This document shows, one piece after another, positions 52,006 through 54,249 of a DNA stretch of 54,249 bases. The notes beneath the pieces are model-generated. The model searched no databases. It worked only from the letters and a program-made list of their open reading frames with translations, and was not told the DNA's origin. This DNA is from Alphaproteobacteria bacterium (GTDB lineage Bacteria > Pseudomonadota > Alphaproteobacteria > Acetobacterales > Acetobacteraceae): NCBI GenBank assembly GCA_026400795.1, contig JAPLOJ010000222.1, forward strand, positions 1 through 54,249. The letters are read 5' to 3'. Each line of letters begins with the position of its first letter. Within the stretch, counting starts at the first letter, position 1. Both the position numbers and the translations under genes were made by a program.

Positions 52006-52682
52006 TGGCGGCCTTCCAGCAGGGCGCGCGATTGGCCGGTGAAAACCACCACTGCGCCCTTGTCATAAAGGCGGAAACCTTCGCTGATCAGCGTGCCGAA
52101 GGGGCCTTGCGCAGCCACGGGCTTGTCGCCGGAAGCGGCACCCTCCTTCAATTCAATCGCGGCTTCTTCGGTGACCAGCAGATTGCCGCCATCATGCCAC
52201 AGCGTGACTTCTCCGCGCAGATCAAGATGATTGCGCGCCTTGTTCAGCCGGCCTTCGCGCGATTCCAGCAAAACCCAACCATCGGTCATCACCAAATCGG
52301 CGCGCGGTGCTTCAAGATCAACAATGTCCTGATTCTGCCCCTGAGTCGCGACCGAAGCCGTGACCGTATAGGGCCGGTTCTGTTCATCCACGCCCTGATA
52401 GCGGGGCGTGACGATCCGCACCGCATCGGGCGCGGTTTGCGTGACACGACGGAAGGAAACCCGCGCGCGTTCTTCAGCGCCTTCCAATTCCGGCCAGATG
52501 GCAATCGCCAGCAGCAGCGCAACACCCGCGCCTGGCACCAACCATTTCAGCGCGCCCACCATCACCCTACGGCGCGCCATCTGCCCTGCGGAGGGCGACC
52601 AGCGTTCGCGCGATGGCGGCGTGATGCGCCGTGGCGCGCGGGGGGCCGCGATCACCGATGCCTCAGGCGCGCGGTTCTTCAC
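52002..52682 (-). CDS. lptC: LPS export periplasmic protein LptC
   Basis: Single TM helix, PRYQGVDEQNRPYTVTA and QGPFGTL; kdsD-lptC-lptA-lptB synteny. Confidence 0.85.
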   Translation of the reverse strand: MKNRAPEASVIAAPRAPRRITPPSRERWSPSAGQMARRRVMVGALKWLVPGAGVALLLAIAIWPELEGAEERARVSFRRVTQTAPDAVRIVTPRYQGVDEQNRPYTVTASVATQGQNQDIVDLEAPRADLVMTDGWVLLESREGRLNKARNHLDLRGEVTLWHDGGNLLVTEEAAIELKEGAASGDKPVAAQGPFGTLISEGFRLYDKGAVVVFTGQSRALLEGRQ

Positions 52683-53662
52683 GCCACACCTGCGCGCAAC
52701 AAATCATGGATATGCAGAATGCCGATCGGCCGGCGCGCTTCATCCACCACGAATAGCGCGGTGATGGCGTGCTTGTTCATCAGCCCAAGCGCTTCCGCCG
52801 CCAGCGCATCGCCCGTGATAGCGCGGGGATTACATGTCATCACCTCACCTGCCGGACGCGCGAGCAAACCCGCCCCGCCCGAGACTTCCAGCGACCGACG
52901 CAAATCGCCATCCGTGATCACGCCGGCCAGCACGCCATCTGCGCCCACCACGCCAAGGCACCCAAAGCGCCGCGCGGTCATCGCCAAAATCGCGGCTTCC
53001 ATTGGCATATCCGGCGGCGCCAAGGGCAATTCCGCCGCGCCATGCATCAGATCCCGCACACGCGACAGCCGCGCGCCCAACTTGCCCCCCGGGTGAAACA
53101 CCCGAAAATCCGAAGCCGTGAACCCCCGCCGCGTGAGCAACGCCACCGCCAAAGCATCCCCCAGCGCCATTTGCATGGTGGTGGAGGTTGTGGGGGCGAG
53201 CCCCATCGGGCAGGCCTCGGCCGCTGCCGGCAAAACCAGCGCCACATCGGCAGCCCGCGCCAAGGTGCTTTCCGCCCGGCCGATAATGCCAATCAGCGGC
53301 AGGCTGAAGCGCCTTGAATGCGCGATCAAATCCGCCAATTCAGGCGTCTCACCAGAGTTGGAAAGCGCCAGCACCGCATCCCCGGCCAGGATCATCCCCA
53401 AATCGCCATGGGACGCTTCCGCCGGATGCACAAACAGCGCCGGCGTGCCGGTGGAAGCCATGGTCGCGGCAATCTTGCGCGCCACATGACCCGACTTCCC
53501 CATGCCGGAGACGACAACGCGGCCCGTAACACCCGCCAGCAAGCCCACCGCACGGACAAAGCCATCATCCAAACTGTCAGAAAGCGCACGTAGCGCATCC
53601 GCTTCCAGCGCCAGCACGCGGCGGCCTTCGGCAAGGTCAGGATGGGGGGCAACGGTATTCAC
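52679..53662 (-). CDS. kdsD: Arabinose-5-phosphate isomerase (KpsF/GutQ)
   Basis: GMGKSGHV, HPAEASHGDLG, APTTST, HPGGKLG and a CBS pair; start set at GTG 53662 behind TTGACC-N17-CATACA. Confidence 0.94.
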   Translation of the reverse strand: MNTVAPHPDLAEGRRVLALEADALRALSDSLDDGFVRAVGLLAGVTGRVVVSGMGKSGHVARKIAATMASTGTPALFVHPAEASHGDLGMILAGDAVLALSNSGETPELADLIAHSRRFSLPLIGIIGRAESTLARAADVALVLPAAAEACPMGLAPTTSTTMQMALGDALAVALLTRRGFTASDFRVFHPGGKLGARLSRVRDLMHGAAELPLAPPDMPMEAAILAMTARRFGCLGVVGADGVLAGVITDGDLRRSLEVSGGAGLLARPAGEVMTCNPRAITGDALAAEALGLMNKHAITALFVVDEARRPIGILHIHDLLRAGVA

Positions 53663-53743
53663 ACCACCTTGTATGAGGCGGCGACCCTCAAGGGTCAATA
53701 AATTCTGGGGCTGCCCCTGCAAAAAAAATGCCAGAGCTTACCG

Positions 53744-53848
53744 GAGCATGGCCAAGCCAAGTGGAATCACTTGGCGACTCGGGACATGCGACCAAACATT
53801 CAACTAGTGCTTGTCCGGTGAACGAAAGTGAACCGGACAAGCACTAGT
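53744..53848. repeat. Two-hairpin intergenic element resembling alphaproteobacterial CIR/BRU-RS/RIME repeats
   Basis: GCATG..GCCAAGTG-GAAT-CACTTGGC..CATGC, a GACCAAACA spacer, then a 17-bp perfect inverted repeat ACTAGTGCTTGTCCGGT/ACCGGACAAGCACTAGT. Confidence 0.7.
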
Positions 53849-54249
53849 GGTGGAAAATATCCGGGTCCTCATACCCCAGCAAATCAAGCCGCCCGCGCGC
53901 CGGCAAAAAGCGGAAACAGGCCTCCGCCAAATCCAACCGGCCTTCGCGCTTCAACAACCCCTCAAGCTTCGCCCACAGCGCATGCAAATGCAGCACATCA
54001 GAAGCGGCATAAGCCATTTGTTCTGTCGTGAGTTCCGCCGCACCCCAATCAGACGTCTGCTGCTGCTTGGACAAATCAACGCCCAGCAATTCCCGGCACA
54101 AATCCTTGAGCCCATGCCTATCCGTAAAAGTCCGCACCAGCTTGGCGGCGATTTTGGTGCAAACCACCGGCGCCGTGACAACACCCAGCGCATGATACAA
54201 CGCCGCGACATCAAACCGCGCGAAATGAAACAGCTTGGTGACCGCCGGA
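53844..54249 (-). CDS. rnd: Ribonuclease D, 3' part (5' end outside the window)
   Basis: TKLFHFARFDV, CTKIAAKLVRTFTDRHGLKDL, SKQQQTSDWG and YAASDVLHL. Confidence 0.93.
   Translation of the reverse strand, partial: PAVTKLFHFARFDVAALYHALGVVTAPVVCTKIAAKLVRTFTDRHGLKDLCRELLGVDLSKQQQTSDWGAAELTTEQMAYAASDVLHLHALWAKLEGLLKREGRLDLAEACFRFLPARGRLDLLGYEDPDIFHH

Overview
This is a GC-rich alphaproteobacterial chromosome segment (Acetobacteraceae/Roseomonas-like, inferred from gene content and order) that spans the origin region. Left part: urease genes (ureD-ureA-ureB-ureC, truncated at the window edge) divergent from an ureidoglycolate lyase, then TerC with a structured leader, tatA, corA, two amidases, a Ca2+/H+ antiporter, a GT-C glycosyltransferase, CMD, an MBL hydrolase, MarR-OmpR-EnvZ and a Bug protein. 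Middle: lpxC-bamD-recN-ligA, aminopeptidase P, DUF1127, ppdK, glyQ-[vapBC]-glyS, aroE-coaE-dnaQ, and hemE/PPDK-regulator flanking a Caulobacter-type oriC. Right part: mnmE-mnmG-rsmG-parA-parB with two parS sites, a DecR-like regulator, suyAB, and rnd-kdsD-lptCAB-rpoN-hpf-lysE. I saw no tRNA, rRNA, CRISPR array, transposase or integrase. Main oddities: a histone H1-like tail on UreA; a foreign-looking N-terminal block in GlyS directly behind an inserted toxin-antitoxin pair; clean internal deletions in ligA and mnmG (possibly assembly gaps); a parS site that doubles as the mnmG stop/rsmG start; a CIR-like repeat supplying the rnd stop codon; a 14-bp hairpin burying the lysE start codon; and an apparent GC-skew flip at parS. 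All calls come from reading the sequence; no searches were run.
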